64,000 nt of DNA from Hypanus sabinus (lineage: Eukaryota). This document shows, in pieces, positions 12,566 to 30,289 of this stretch. The translations under genes and the position numbers were made by a program. The stretch is taken from assembly GCF_030144855.1 (NCBI RefSeq), contig NC_082712.1, forward strand, positions 137,764,001-137,828,000, given 5' to 3'. How positions within the stretch are numbered: position 1 is the first letter of the stretch; the number at the start of each line of letters is the position of its first letter. The notes below the pieces were generated by a model. The model saw only the letters and a program-made list of their open reading frames with translations. It made no database searches and was not told where the DNA came from.

Positions 12566-15500
12566 CAGCCAGAAGTCTTAGTACATATTGGTACCAATAA
12601 CATAGGTAGAAAAAGGGCAGAGATCCTGAAGAGCGAATTCAGGGAGTTATGTAGAAAGCTGAAAAGCAGGACCTCCAGGATAGTAATCTCAGGATTGCTG
12701 CCTGTGCCACGTGCTAACGAGCACAGCATGATCAGGCATATTAATGTGTGGCTGAGAGACTTGTGTAGGGGGCAGAGCTTTGGATTTCTGGATCATTAGG
12801 ATCTCTTCTGGGGGAGATATGACCTGTACAAAAAGTATGGATTACACCTGAACCCAATGGGGTCCAATATCCTAGCAGGCAGGTTTAATAGAGTTTAAGG
12901 GTTTAAACTAATTTGGCAGGGGGATGGGAATCGGAGTGATCCAGCTGAGGAAGGGGAAAACAAATAAATAAAAATAGCATGCAACAGAGATGATAGAAAG
13001 GACAGACAGGAGATGAGGCATAATCACAGCCAGTGGGATGGTTTACAGGGCAACAAAAGTGTGGTGCAGTTAAAACAGAAAGCAGCAAATACTGGACTGA
13101 AAGTGTTACAGTTGTATGCACCAGCACAAAAAATAAAATGGACGATCTTGAAATGCAGCTACAGATTGGCAAGTATGACTTGTGGCCATCTCTGAAACTT
13201 GGCTAAAGGATGGCTGCCATTGGGGGCTGAATGTCCAAGGATATATGGTGTATTAGAAAGATAGGTTAGTAGGCAAAGGGGGTGGTGTGACCCTGTGTAT
13301 TAGAAATAATATTAAATCATTAGAAGAGGATGACATAGGATCAGAAGGTGTAGAGTCTCTATGGGTTGAGTTGAGAAATGGCAAGAGTAAAAGCACCCTA
13401 ATGGCAGTTGTATACAGGCCTCCAAACAGCAGCCAGAATGTGGATTACAAATTATAGCAAGAGATCGAAAAGGCGTGTCAGAAGGGAAATGTCATGATAA
13501 TCGTTGGGGATTTTAAAATGAAAGTGGATTGGGAAAACTAGGCCAGTACTGGACCTCAAGAGACAGAATTTGTAAAATGATAAAGGAATGGCTTTTTAGA
13601 ATAGCTTGTTGTTGAGCCGACTTGGGAATTGGATGTGCTGGATTGGGTGTTGTGCAATGGTCTGGAGGTGATAAGAGAGCTTGAGGTTAAGGAACCCTTA
13701 GGGGAAAGTGATCACATGATCAAGTTCACTTTGAAACTTGAGAAGGAGAAACAAAAATCCAATGTGTTGGTCTTTCAGTGGAATAAAGGAAAGTAAGATG
13801 GCATGAGGGGGAAATTGGCTAAGGTTGACTGGAAAGGGACACCAGCAGGAAGGACAGCAGAGCAGCAATGGCTGGAGTTTCTGTGAAAAATGAGGGAAGT
13901 GCTAGACAGATATATTCCAAATAAGAAGAAATTTTCAAATGGAAGAAGGGCACTACCATGGCTGACAAGTGAAGTCAGAGCCGAAGTAAAAGCAAAAGAG
14001 CTCGTGGGAAGATAAGAGGATTGAGAAGCTTTTTAAAACTTGCAGAAGCAAACTAAGAAGGTCATTAAGAAGGAAAAGGTGAATTATGAAAAGAAGCTGG
14101 TGACTAGTATCAAAGAAGATACTAAAACCTTTTTTTAAGTATATAAAGGGTAAAAGAGAGTCAAGACTAGATATAGGACCAATAGAAAATGATGCTGAAA
14201 GTACTGTAATGAGAGGCGCAGAGAGGGTAATGGAACTGAATGCGTATTTTGCATCAGTCTTCACAGTGAAAGACGTCTGCAGTATACCAGATATTTAAGA
14301 GATTACGACTGAGAAGGTGCTCAGGAAGCTTAATGGTCTGAGGGTGGATAAATCTCCTGGACCTGATGGAATGCACCTTCCAGTTCTGAAGAGATTGCAA
14401 AGGCACTAATAACGATCTTCCAAGAATCAACAGATCCTGGCACTGTACCGGATGACTGGAAAATTGCGAATGTTACTCTGCTATGTAAGAAGGGTGGGAG
14501 GTAGCAGAAAGGAAACTATAGACCTCTTAGTCTGACATCAGTGGTTGGGAAGTTGTTGGAATTAATTGTTAGGGATGAGATTATGGAGTACCTGGAGGCA
14601 CATGACAAGACAGGCCAAAGCCAGCATGGTTTTCTGAAAGGAAAATCCTCCTGACTAACCTACTGCAATTTTTTGAGGAAAGTACAAGCAGAGTAGACAG
14701 ATGAGATGCAGTAGATGTGGTGTACTTGGATTTTCAGAAGGCCTTTGACAAGGTGCCACACATGAGGCTGCTTAGCAAGGTAAGAGCCCATGGAATTACA
14801 GGGAAGTTACTAGCATGGATGGAGCATTGGCTGATTGGCAGAAAACAGAGAGTGGGAATAAAGGGATCCTATTCTGACTGGCTGCCGGTTACCAGTGATG
14901 TTCCACAGGGGTCAGTGTTGGGACCGCTGCTTTTTACGATGTATGCCAATGATTTGGACTATGGGATTAATGGATTTGCGGCTAAATTTGCCGATGATAC
15001 AAAGATAGATGGAGGAGTGGGTAGTGTTGAGGAAACAGGGAGGCTGCAGAGAGACTTAGATAGTTTAAGGGAATGGACAAAGAAGTGGCAAATAAAATAC
15101 AATGTTGGAAAGTGAATGGTCAAGCACTTTGGTGGAAGAAATAAATGGGCAGATTATTATTTAGATGAGGAGAGAATTCAAAATGTAGAGATGCAAAGGG
15201 ACTTGGGAGTCATTGTGCAGGATATCCTAAAGGTTAACCTCCATGCAAATGCAATGTTGGCATTCATTTCAAGAGGCATAGAACTTAAGAGCAGAGATGT
15301 GATGTTGAGGCTCTAATGGGCATTCGTGAGACCACACTTGGAGTATTGTGTGCAGTTTTGGGCTCATTAATTTAGAAAGGATATACTGATGATGGAGAGC
15401 ATTACGAGAAGGTTCACGAGAATGATTCCAGGAATGAAGGGGTTGTCGTATGAGGAATGTCTGACAGCTCTTGGGGTGTATTCCCTGGAGTTCAGGAGAA

Positions 15501-15885
15501 TGAGGGGGGAATCTCATAGAAACGTTTCCAATGTTAAAAGGCCTGAACAGATTAGATATGGCCAAGTTATTTCCGAAGGTAGGGGGAGTCTAGAACAAGA
15601 TGGCACAACTTCAGGATTGAAGGACATCCATTTAGAACAGAGATGCGGAGAAATTACTTTAGTCACGAGAGTGTTAAATCTGTGGAATAGTTGGCATAAG
15701 CAGCTGTGGAGGCCAAGTCATTGGGTGCATTTAAGGCAGAGGTAGATAGGTTCTTGATTACCCAGGGCATCAAGGTAGGGGAGTGGGGATGACTGGAATA
15801 ATTGGATCAACCCATGATTGAAAGGCAGAGCAGACTCGATGGACCGAATGGCGTACTTCTGTTCCTATATCGTCTGGTCTTATAT
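12566..15885 (+). mobile_element. Degenerate CR1 LINE (ORF1 esterase end, ORF2 APE and RT, 3' UTR)
   Basis: ORF1 SGNH-like VLVHIGTNNIG...ISGLLPVP; RT motifs YLDFQKAFDKVPH, VPQGSVLGP, KFADDTK; many stops and frameshifts. Confidence 0.92.
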
Positions 15886-15944
15886 GAAATGTTTAAAGCC
15901 TGAGTCACTAATATTCAAATGAATTATGATGGAATAGACAGAGT

Positions 15945-16640
15945 AAACAGTCAATGTTTCGGGCCAAGGGACGGAAGAAGTGCAAGGTGGTAGGTGACAG
16001 GTGAAACTGGGAGGGGGGATAAGTGAAGTAAAGAGCTGGGAAGCTGATAGGTGAAAGAGATAAAGTTTCAGAGAAGAGTGTGTCTGATACAGGAAGTAGA
16101 ATTGAAGTGGGTAGCCACCGGGAGATTCCCCCTTTTTCTGGCGGACTTCCCATTTCTACCTGCCACCCAGTTTAATTCCACCTTCCATTCCCATTCTGAC
16201 GTGTCAGTCCACGGCCTCCTTCTCTGCTGTGATGAGGCCACACTCAGGTTGGAGGAGCAACACCTTATATTCCATCTGGGTATCCTCCTGATAGCATGAT
16301 CACCGATGTCTTGAAACTTCTGCTAATGAACCCCCGCCACCATTCCCGTTTCCCTCTCTCACCATATCACATTACCTGCCCATCACCTCCTCCTTCCCTT
16401 TCTTCCATGGTCTTCTACCCCATCAGATGCCCACTTTTTACCCACCACCTTCCACTTCTCCCTCCCCTCCCTCCACCTTCTTGCTCTAACTTCTCATCAT
16501 TTTTTACGGTCCTGATAACAGGTCTCGGCCCAAAACAGCAACTGTTTACTCTTCTCCATAGGTGCTGCCTGACCTGCTGAGCTCCCCCAGCATTTTGTGT
16601 GTGTTGCTTGGATTTCCAGCATCTGCAGATTTTCTCAGCT
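15945..16640. mobile_element. Penelope-like element 3' fragments in inverted arrangement
   Basis: Minus-strand tail (~15945-16130) abuts a plus-strand GIY-YIG C-terminus (EEQHLIFHLG), pyrimidine-rich tract and cagcatctgcagat tail. Confidence 0.7.
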
Positions 16641-18844
16641 TTATAACAGAATGGTATCATTGCATCAGCTTGTCTGTTGGACTGCTCGTGGAGATAGTGC
16701 TGGATAGGATCAATATTAGTTAAGAGTAAGTCAGGCATAGGTGGTGCCTATCTGAGGAAGGTTTAGGAATGAAGGCGGCAGCTTGGACACAGCGTTGCCA
16801 TTGACGGCATGGACAGGCTGGCTTCTATTCTGGAGACACAGGACACTGCAGATGTTGGAAGCCAAGGTAACGCATAAAATGCTGGAGGAACTCAGCAGAA
16901 CTATGGAAGGAAATGCATAGTCAACATTTCGGGTCTAGACCCTTCATCTGAATGTCATCTGTCCATAATAAATACTGCCAGTCCTTCTGAGCTCCTCAAG
17001 CTTTCATCCTCCTTAAGTACCGCTTTAAGTCTTTTGCCTGGTAGTCAGCAGGAAAAGGCTTTAGAAAAGGAAACAGAATAAGGTTATTTCAGACACAAGG
17101 AACTTCAGTTATGTGAGTGCAGAGAGGATGGGATTGTTCTCTCTGGAGCAAAAAGAGGTGTAAGGAGATCTGATGACCTAGAATTATGATGAATATAAGC
17201 ACAGGAGATGAAGAGAAACTTCCAAGTGTGGAAGGAAAGTGCTTTTAAACATGATTCACAGCACCAAAAAAGTGATATGAGGAATATCCCTAGAACAACT
17301 TTGAAAAGACTGCTGAAGAATTTTATATATATCCTTCCTGACGCAATTTCCTTATTTTCTCCTTGCAGCTTCCTTACTTTCAAAGAATCAGTACTTCGAA
17401 CGTATTCAAAAACATCTAGTTCCCTATTTTTTTATCCACTTTCTCAACCCATCTGCGACATTCTGATGCACATCCACAACTGCCTGTTCTTGTATTCTGT
17501 TAAGAATTGTGCCCTGTAGTTACTTTGCTTCTTCTCATTCAGTTGGATTTGTTTTGGGGAAAAAAGATATCAAAGCTGACAAACTGAAGGCAGCGTGATT
17601 TAGCTCGTGAATGACCAAAAAAAAAGAGGAAAGATCAAGGACAAGGCTGGTTACAAGGGAACTGCAACAGGAGATGTCTACCATTTAGGACTGAGCCAGA
17701 GTAGAGCAAAAGGTACTATGAATGAAGTCTAATAAAAATATCAGGCAACTACTGATGAGGCATGTGCACCCTCTATCAGACAGCAGCAGAATAAAAGGGG
17801 AATTGCACTCTTTTGTGGTTGTAGAGGGCATAGTTGTTGAAAAGGTATATTGTATGTGTGATGACTACAGCCATCAGCAGAGAGCACTGCGGTGGCAAAA
17901 ACAGAGAAATTAGGGAATCACTCACGTGAAAGGATTGGTACAAACTGGATTCTGGTGTTTTCTGTTAGTTGTAATAATCATCATGGTATGGAAGGGAAAA
18001 CAGAACATCAGCAAGTTGTGTGCTGTGGATGGTTTAAGAATGAAAGCCATGGATTGCCCTCTGCAGTATTGTAGGAGTGTACAAGTTTGTGTTCAAAATG
18101 TAGCCTACCTACTTGGTCCGAGACCTACTTGGTCACATTTTTTGGACTTAAGGGGGTGGCAGCAAGGCAGTTTTTGGGAATTAATGTATGATTAGCAGCA
18201 ACTATATTGACCTATACAGTTCAGATGCATTTTGAAAACCAATTCGAGTGGAAATTATCTTGAAAGATTTAAAATCTATCTAACAAAGAGTCATGGAATG
18301 TATGCAGGCAGAATTTCTACAGTGAAAGAGGGAAATTTAAGGGAAAAAAAGCAATAGACTTATTGGGAACAAATTTCATGACATATGCCAGTGATATTAA
18401 TCCTGATTGTGAATATACCACAATGAAAGGTCCGTTCAATTCAATGGAGAATTGAAAACAGCACCATCAGGTGGCCTTAGAGACCATAACTACCAGAAAT
18501 GGAGTCCTGATGAAAGGTTCGGCCAGAAACATTGACTGTTTGTTCCCTTTCATAGACGCTGCCTGACTTCCTGTAACATTGTGTGTGTTGCTCAAGATGA
18601 CCAGCATCTCTTGGGAGAACTGTTAAATTCTGTGGGGAACAGTGAAGGGGAAAACACATCATATAACATTGCATCACGTGTGCAATATGATAGATGGATA
18701 ATTATACTATAACGTGTAGGTAAGAGTTCGACTGTTCGATAATTTGACTTCTGGTAGTGGTGATGGGCTGTTTGACCTTGGATAGTTTGAAGTATATGGT
18801 GCAAACTTCCACCGTTAAGTGTCGGAAAAGGATTCATTTGACTG

Positions 18845-19083
18845 TATTAGGCAGCACCACCACAGGTGCCAGCTGACTCCTGCAGAGTACAGGGGATCTG
18901 ACCTGGGCTAGTTCACCCCTCTTTGACCACTTTGTGAGCTCAGGCTCTCCTTACTTCACTCTGTGGATGCTGCGCTGAGTGCCTTCTCTCACCCACAGCG
19001 GCAACCCAGACTCCTGACCTCAAGCAATCTGCATCGCCAGCCTCCTGGCAGCAGAATCACAGGTTCAGGCCACTGCACCTAGT
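18845..19083 (-). pseudogene. Decayed 7SL (SRP) RNA-derived copy
   Basis: Reverse complement reads CTAGGTGCAGTGG...CCTGTG...GGAGGCTG...GATTGCTTGAGGTCAGGAGTCTGGGTTG...GAGGGGTGAACTAGCCCAGGTCAGA...CACCTGTG, colinear with the Alu and S domains of vertebrate 7SL, with CpG-decay substitutions. Confidence 0.75.
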
Positions 19084-19179
19084 GACTCTCTCCATTCAGC
19101 TAGACTGGTTGCAGCAGGTGATTGCACTCTCTTATATCTCTTGGTTCTCGTGTGGTTGAAAGACTTTGATGAAGGAAGT

Positions 19180-19455
19180 CATAGAGTTATAGAACATGGT
19201 CTGACAAGTCTATGCTGACCACGGTGGCCACCCAGCTAATCCCAATTTCCTGCACACGGTCCATATCCCTCTAAGCCCCGCCCCTCTACATGCCAATCAA
19301 TGTGCTTCATAAATGATACTTTAGTACGTGCCTCAACTATTTCTTCGGGTGTGAAAAAGTTGCCCCTCAGGTTCCTTGCCCTTCTCACCCTAAACCTATG
19401 TCTCCTAGTTTTGGATTCCCCTACCCTGGTGAAAAGACTTTTACTGTCTAAACCA
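19180..19455 (-). mobile_element. CR1 3'-end fragment
   Basis: Minus-strand translation LFTRVGESKTRRHRFRVR...LRGNFFT followed by CR1 3' UTR-like sequence. Confidence 0.7.
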
Positions 19456-20399
19456 CTTCTAATTTTAACACTTCTAACATTTCTGTAAGTTAACTCCCAA
19501 CTAAGGATCACCAGAATCTTCTGTTTAAAGTTTCGTTTGCTTGCACATTGCCAACTGGGTGCCAGTGAATGCTGATGGAGCAAGTCTGGAATAGCAAACA
19601 AAAATTTGCAGATGTTGGATATCGCGAATGAAAACAGCAAGTAGTCAAGAGGGCAGGCTGCTTGCATGGAGTGGAAAAGATGACAAGAGACAGAGTGAAT
19701 TCATCTACAGATCTTCTGATTATTTGTGCTTTTTTTGCATTTTTGATATGGAAGATAAAAACAAAACATGCTAACATTCATTAAGTACTGTCAATCATTC
19801 ATTAAATACTTACACACAAGATACAGATTTTAAACATTGAGCAACTCTTGGTGTCTTTGAATGACTTGTCGGGATCAACGTTCCCTTGTATCACCAGTGG
19901 CATTTGCAAAATCTTAACAGTATGGCTTGGGGTTTCCCCGTCCCAACCTTGCCCACCCCACAAAATTTGGGAGACAGTAAGATGAGAAGCAGGAAACTTA
20001 TTCTGATTAAAGAAACCCCCTCCTTTGATTAATGTGCCATTTTGCTCCAGCCAGATAAGAATATATGAAATTATTGTTGATTTAAGAAAAGACATAAAAC
20101 ATAACAAACTAAATGCCATTTCATTTTTGCTTAAAAAATGATTTTGTCTTAATTCTTTAATAAGAATTTCAGAATTATTCAAAATCATTGTTGTGAATGA
20201 TCACTGTGACTGGAGTGTGGGAGTTCACTGCCCCCTAGTGGATATTAAGTTCAGTTCAAATTTATTGTCATTCAACCATACACACATTTACCACCAAACG
20301 AGACAACATTCCTCTGGACCAAGGTATATATAACTCACATACATAACACATGAAGTAACATTACCATAAATAAATTTAAAAAATAATAAGGTGCAAATA

Positions 20400-20581
20400 C
20401 AACTCTTTTTCATCCAGAGTCGTGGAGCCATGGAATGCTCTGCCTCAGAAGGCAGTTGAGGCCAATTCTCTGGATGCTTTCAAGAAAAGAGTTAGAGCTC
20501 TTGTAGATAGCGGGGTCACGGGATATGGGGAGAAGGCAGGAACGGGATACTGATTGTGGATGATCAGCCATGATCAGATTG
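20400..20581 (+). mobile_element. 3' end of an older CR1, cut within its 3' UTR
   Basis: tggaatgctctgcctcagaaggcag...tgatcagccatgatcagattg parallels 23438-23585 of the adjacent CR1. Confidence 0.75.
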
Positions 20582-23500
20582 GACACATGTACAGAGGGAA
20601 GGTCTGACGGAACATGGAGTTAAATGTGCAGAAAGAATAAGTAAATTTAGGAAGGACAACAAAATTCTAGGGGCGTATAGCCCGATGGGAGTTCAGGGAG
20701 CTGGGTTAAGCACAATAGGCAGCAATTTAAACAGAGAGAGGAGAAATGGGCTAAAAATTCTATATCTGAATGCAGAAAGTGTCAGAAATAAGGCGGATGA
20801 GCTTGAAGCTCAGGTGCGAATGGGTAACTATGATGTTGCTGGGATGACGGAGACATGGCTGCAGGGAGATCAGACCTGGGAAATGAATGTACAAGGGTAT
20901 ACGTACTATCGTAGGGACAGAAATGTGGGCAGAGGGGGTGGGGTGGCCCTGTTGGTGAGTAATGAGGTTCAGTCCTTTGCAAGGGGGGGACATAGGATCA
21001 GGAGAAGTAGAGTCTGTGTGGATAGAACTGAGGAACAGTATGGGCAAAAAGACCCTAATGGGTGTTGTCTACAGGCCACCAAACCTGTCCCTGGGTAGCA
21101 TGGATATTGGGTGCAAGTTGAATAGGGAGTTAACATTGGCATGTGGCAAAGGTAATGTCGCAGTAGTTACGGGAGATTTCAACATGCAGGTGAACTGGGA
21201 GAATCAGGTTGGTGCTGGACCCCAGGATAGGGAGTTTGTAGAGTGCCTATGGGATGCATTCTTGGAACAGCTTGTACGAGAGCTGACCAGGGACAAGGCT
21301 ATTCTGGATTTAGTGTTGTGTAATGAACAGGATTTGATAAGCGATCTTAAAGTAAAGGAGCCATTAGGAGGTAGTGACCATAATATGATAAGTATTTCTC
21401 TGCAACTTGAGAAGGATAAGGACAGATCGGAGGTGTCAGTGTTGCAGTTGAACAAAGGAGACTATGGAGCCATGAGGGAGGAGCTGGCCAAAGTTAACTG
21501 GTCGGATATCCTAGCAGAAAAGGCAGTGGAACAACAATGGCAGGTATTCTTGGGAATAATGCACAAGGTGCAAAATCGGTTCATCCCCCGGAGAAGGAAG
21601 GATTCAAAGGGGGGAAAGAGGCCACAGTGGTTGACAAAGGAAGTCAGAGATTGCATAGCATTAAAAAAAAAGGAAGTATGACAGAGCTAAGGTGAGTGGG
21701 AGGACAGCTGATTGGGAAATTTTTAAGGAACAGAACTTAACTAAAAAGGCAATATGGGGAGAAAAAATGAGGTACGAACGCAAGCTAGCCAGGAATATAT
21801 AGGAGGATAGCAAAAGCTTTTTTAGGTATGTGAAGAGAAAGAAGATAGTTAAGAACAATGTTGGGCCCTTGAAGAATGAATTGGGTGAAATTGTTATGGG
21901 AAACAGAGAAATGGCAGAAGAATTTAATAAGTACTTTAGATCTGTCTTCACTGGGGAAGACACAAGCAATCTCCCAGATGTATGGATGGGCCAAGGACAT
22001 AGGGTAACAGAGGAAATGAAACAGATTGACATTAGGAAGGGAACAGTGATGAATAGACTGATGGGACTGAAGGCTGACAAATCCCCAGGTCCAGATGGTC
22101 TGCATCCTAGGGTACTAAAGGAGGTGGCCCTGGAAATTGCGGATGCATTGGTAATCATTTTCCAATGTTCCTTAGATTCAGGATCAGTTCCTGAGGATTA
22201 GAGAATGGCTTATGTTATCCCACTTTTTAAGAAAGGAGAGAGGGAGAAAACAGAGAACTATTGTCCTGTCAGCCTAACATCAGTAGTGGGGAAGATGCTA
22301 GAGTCCATTATTAAAGATGAAATAGTGGCATATCTAGATAGCAGTGATAGGATTGGGCCGAGCCAGCATGGATTTACCAAGGGCAAATCATGCTTGACTA
22401 ATCTATTGGAGTTTTTCAAGGATGTAACCAGGAAGTTAGACAAGGGAGATCCAGTGGATGTAGTGTACCTCGATTTTCAGAAGGCATTTGATAAGGTCCC
22501 ACATAGGAGATTGGTGGGTAAAATCAGAGCTCATGGCATTGGGGGGAAGATATTGACATGGATAGAAAACTGGTTGGCAGATAGAAAGCAAAGGGTAACG
22601 GTGAAGGGTTTCTCGGAATGGCAGGTGGTGACTAGTGGGGTGCCACAGGGCTCGGTATTTGGACCACAGCTGTTTATGATTTACATCAACGATTTAGATG
22701 AAGGCGTTGAGAATAACATCAGCAAGTTTGCTGATGATACTAAGCTGGGTGGCAGTGTGACATGTGATGAGGATGTTAGAATTCAGGGTGACTTGGATAG
22801 GCTGGGTGAATGGGCAGATACTTGGCAGATGACATTAAATGTGAATAAGTGTGAGGTTATCCACTTTGGGAGTAAGAACAGGAAGGCAGATTATTATCTG
22901 AACGGTGTAGAGTTGGGTAAGGGAGAAATACAAAGAGATCTAGGAGTCCTAGTTCATCAGTCACTGATGGTGAATGAGCAAGTGCAGCAGGCAGTGAAGA
23001 AGGCTAATGGAATGTTGGCCTTTATTACAAAGGGAATTGAGTACAAGAGCAAGGAAATCCTTTTGCATTTGTACACGGCCCTGGTGAGACCACACCTGGA
23101 GTATTGTGTACAGTTTTGGTCTCCAGGGTTAAGGAAGGACATCCTGGCTGTAGAGGAAGTGCAGCGTAGATTCACAAGGTTAATTCCTGGGATGTCTGGA
23201 CAGTGTTACGTAAAGAGGTTAGAGAGACTGGGCTTGTACGCGCTGGAATTAAGGAGATTGAGAGGGGATCTGATTGCAACATATAAGATTATTAAGGGAT
23301 TGGACAAGATAGAGGCAGGAAATATGTTCCAGATGCTGGGAGAGTCCAGTACCAGAGGGCATGGTTTGAGAATAAGGGGTAGGTCATTTAGGACAGAGTT
23401 AAGGAAAAACTTCTTCTCCCAGAGAGTTGTGGGAGTCTGGAATGCACTGCCTCGGAAGGCAGTGGAGGCCAATTCTCTGGATGGTTTCAAGAAGGAGCTA

Positions 23501-23641
23501 GATAGGTATCTTATAGGGGAATCAAGGGATATGGGGACAAGGCAGGAACCCGGTAATGATAGTAGATGATCAGCCATGATCTCAGAATGGCGGTGCAGGC
23601 TCAAAGGGCCGAATGGTCTACTTCTGCACCTATTGTCTATT
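20582..23641 (+). mobile_element. Young 5'-truncated CR1 LINE with near-complete ORF2 (APE endonuclease and RT)
   Basis: ORF pieces 20685-21098, 20962-21681, 21830-22201 and 22205-23569: LYLNAESV, TETWL, GDFN, SDHN, YLDFQKAFDKVPH, GVPQGSV, KFADDTK. Disrupted by about two homopolymer frameshifts (~20985, ~21670) and TAG stops (~21800, 22199). Confidence 0.95.
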
Positions 23642-23753
23642 GAATGGCAGTGCAGGCTCGAAGGGCCGAATGGTCTACTTCTGCACCTATTGTCTATTGA
23701 ATGGCAGTGCAGGCTCGAAGGGCCGAATGGACTACTCCTGCACCTATTGTCTA
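23585..23753 (+). repeat. Three tandem 57-bp copies of the CR1 3' terminus
   Basis: Unit gaatggcagtgcaggctcgaagggccgaatggtctacttctgcacctattgtctatt begins at 23585, 23642 and 23699. Confidence 0.95.
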
Positions 23754-23799
23754 CAACTTAAAAGCTTAACAGGATGACGCCACTGACACTCGGTGGTGG

Positions 23800-24140
23800 C
23801 AGTAAGTTCAGTAGTCTGGGGGAAGAAGATGTTTCCCATTCTAACTGTTCCTGGACCTCCCGAGGGAGTCAAAGAGATGGTTAGATGGACGGAAGGGGTC
23901 ACTGAGAATGCTAAGGGTCCTGATCAATGGGTGGAAGGTGACTCCGATCTATCTCTCAGCAGTCCCTACAATCCTTGCGATCAGATGCCTTTCAGCTCCC
24001 GCACCAGACGGTGATGCAGCTGGTCAGGCCACTCTCAATGGTGCTCCTGTAAAAATTGGTTAAAATGTGGGGGGGGTGAGCCTCATTTGCTTCAATTTCT
24101 TCAGAAAGTGAAGACACTGCTGTGCTTTTCTGAGGGAGAG
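23800..24140 (-). mobile_element. Rex1/Babar-type LINE fragment
   Basis: Minus-strand ILTNFYRSTIESGLTSCITVWCG, typical of the region downstream of the RT in this clade. Confidence 0.65.
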
Positions 24141-24711
24141 CAGGTGAGGCATAAATTTCCAAGAAAGGAGAATTGAAATACACGATCAGACCAGTGAATA
24201 GTCGGAGACAGTAGCAGTAAGGTTACCTTAATTGGAGACCACCTCATTAATTACAAGAAATACTCTCGTTAACTAGGAAGTGATTGAACAATTATTAGAG
24301 GTGAAGAAAACCAAATTAAGCGTATACAATGCATCTGCGCACATAACTCGTGTATTTAAGCTGTGAAAGAAAGATTAATACTCAATGGAATTGTTTTTTT
24401 TAAAAAGACTGCGACCCACTACAAATCAGCACGGGGGCTTTGACCTGAGCCGGTTCACCCCTCTCTATCGCACCTGGTGATTCCGGGCTCCCCTGGAAGC
24501 ACCATGCGGATGCCCGATCGGCACAGCGCGGCCTCCGAGCAGCCGGACAACAGGCGCACGCCACCGAGGCCTCGGCTCCGGCTCCCCTGCGCTTCAGCCC
24601 CGGCCCGTGACGTCACGCGGACCGGCGGACGGAATGACGTCCCTTCCGGGCGCTCGCCCATAACTGGCGCATGCGCGGCGGTAGCGCTCCTTTTCCCTTG
24701 CTGCCGCCGCC

Positions 24712-28950
<4,239 letters not shown>

Positions 28951-28985
28951 GGACAGTCTTCATTGACTGAATGGATCTCAGAAAA

Positions 28986-28991
28986 AATAAA
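28986..28991 (+). terminator. RPS13: RPS13 polyadenylation signal
   Basis: AATAAA 35 nt after the stop codon, consistent with the short 3' UTR of ribosomal protein genes. Confidence 0.85.
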
Positions 28992-30289
28992 TCAATTTGT
29001 CATGCTAACTAACATGTCTTGAGTTTTGATTGAGATGGAATCCTTGGCATTACACTATTAAAATGCAACTTGGACAGTATGGCCAAGCAGTTTTGTCGCA
29101 AGTTTCTTTGTAGTGGTTAAAACTTACTGCCAAAGATTGCAAGTTTGGGATAAATCTTCCTGTGAGGATGATTCCTCATCCTCTTGTATTTGCAAACTTA
29201 ATATCCATATGGGCTTTAACCTGACTCCCAATTCACAAAAACAAAAGGATTTATTGATCTATTCTTGATTGGATCTGTTGTCCTGTCATGGAAATGTTCA
29301 CTTTGTTCCACCTAGTATAAAAGTAGTCTGTCCTGGCCTAAGCTAATTAAAAAGACTTCATTTGAGCAAACATTTTATGTTGGAGATGTTATTTTTTGTA
29401 GGTGTGCTTCACTATCTGCTGATTGTTGAGCAGCTTTTAAAACAATATTTATCCTTGTGTCACATCCCAAATGAATCGTTTTTTTTAAATCCTCCCAATT
29501 TGTTGAACATCACTTGCCCTGAATTCTCAATGCATGGGCTTAGTTCTTTCAGCTGGCTCTTCTGAACTGCTTGTCTGCAAACCATATTCTGGAAAAATTT
29601 CTTAAAGGCTTGAAGAACTTTGCTTTAGTAGTATTAGAAGCAGAATCGGGAGCATCACTGGCTGTGAAATCTGCAGCAGCAATACAGTGCAAAACCATTA
29701 AGTGCAGATATTTGGATTTAGCAGTTACAAAGTGATGCAGTTAATTTTTGCAGGTAACCAAGCTATGTAAATGAAAATTGCCCTTTATTAAAATGTAACA
29801 GTTTGTTCAATTGCATTCTTTGAAGAGAGAAGTGAATCGTTAAATTCTTCCATTTACAATTGTAGACAGATTGTAGTTTTAAGTACTGTAAAAATGATTT
29901 GAAAAGATGGGTAGGAGTGAGTGAAGTGGCATGAGAAATGTGAGCCTGAGGATGGTCTCCCTGTACTTAAATGGAGGGGGAAATTAAAACAGTGCCATTT
30001 ACAGGCAAAACAATTGGGGTCTATGTCAAAACTGGATGCTACAAAACATCTTAGAATTTATCCAAGCCTTCTAGTGTATTTTCCATTTTCAATCTGAGGT
30101 TTTCATTTTGAGATTGATACCTTATTCCACTTAAGAACACAATATTGACCAGTACAACACGAGCATTGGTCCTTTAGCCCACAAAATTATACTGAACAAT
30201 TTTTTAAAAATACCAAAATAATTAATCTCTCTGCATAACCATATCCTTCCAATTACTCACCCTGTTGATCCAGTGTTCTCTGCAAGGTG

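Noticed and set aside
23576-23761. Repetitive peptide ORF / CRISPR-like array
   Set aside because: Tandem copies of the CR1 3' end with no unique spacers; eukaryotic context.
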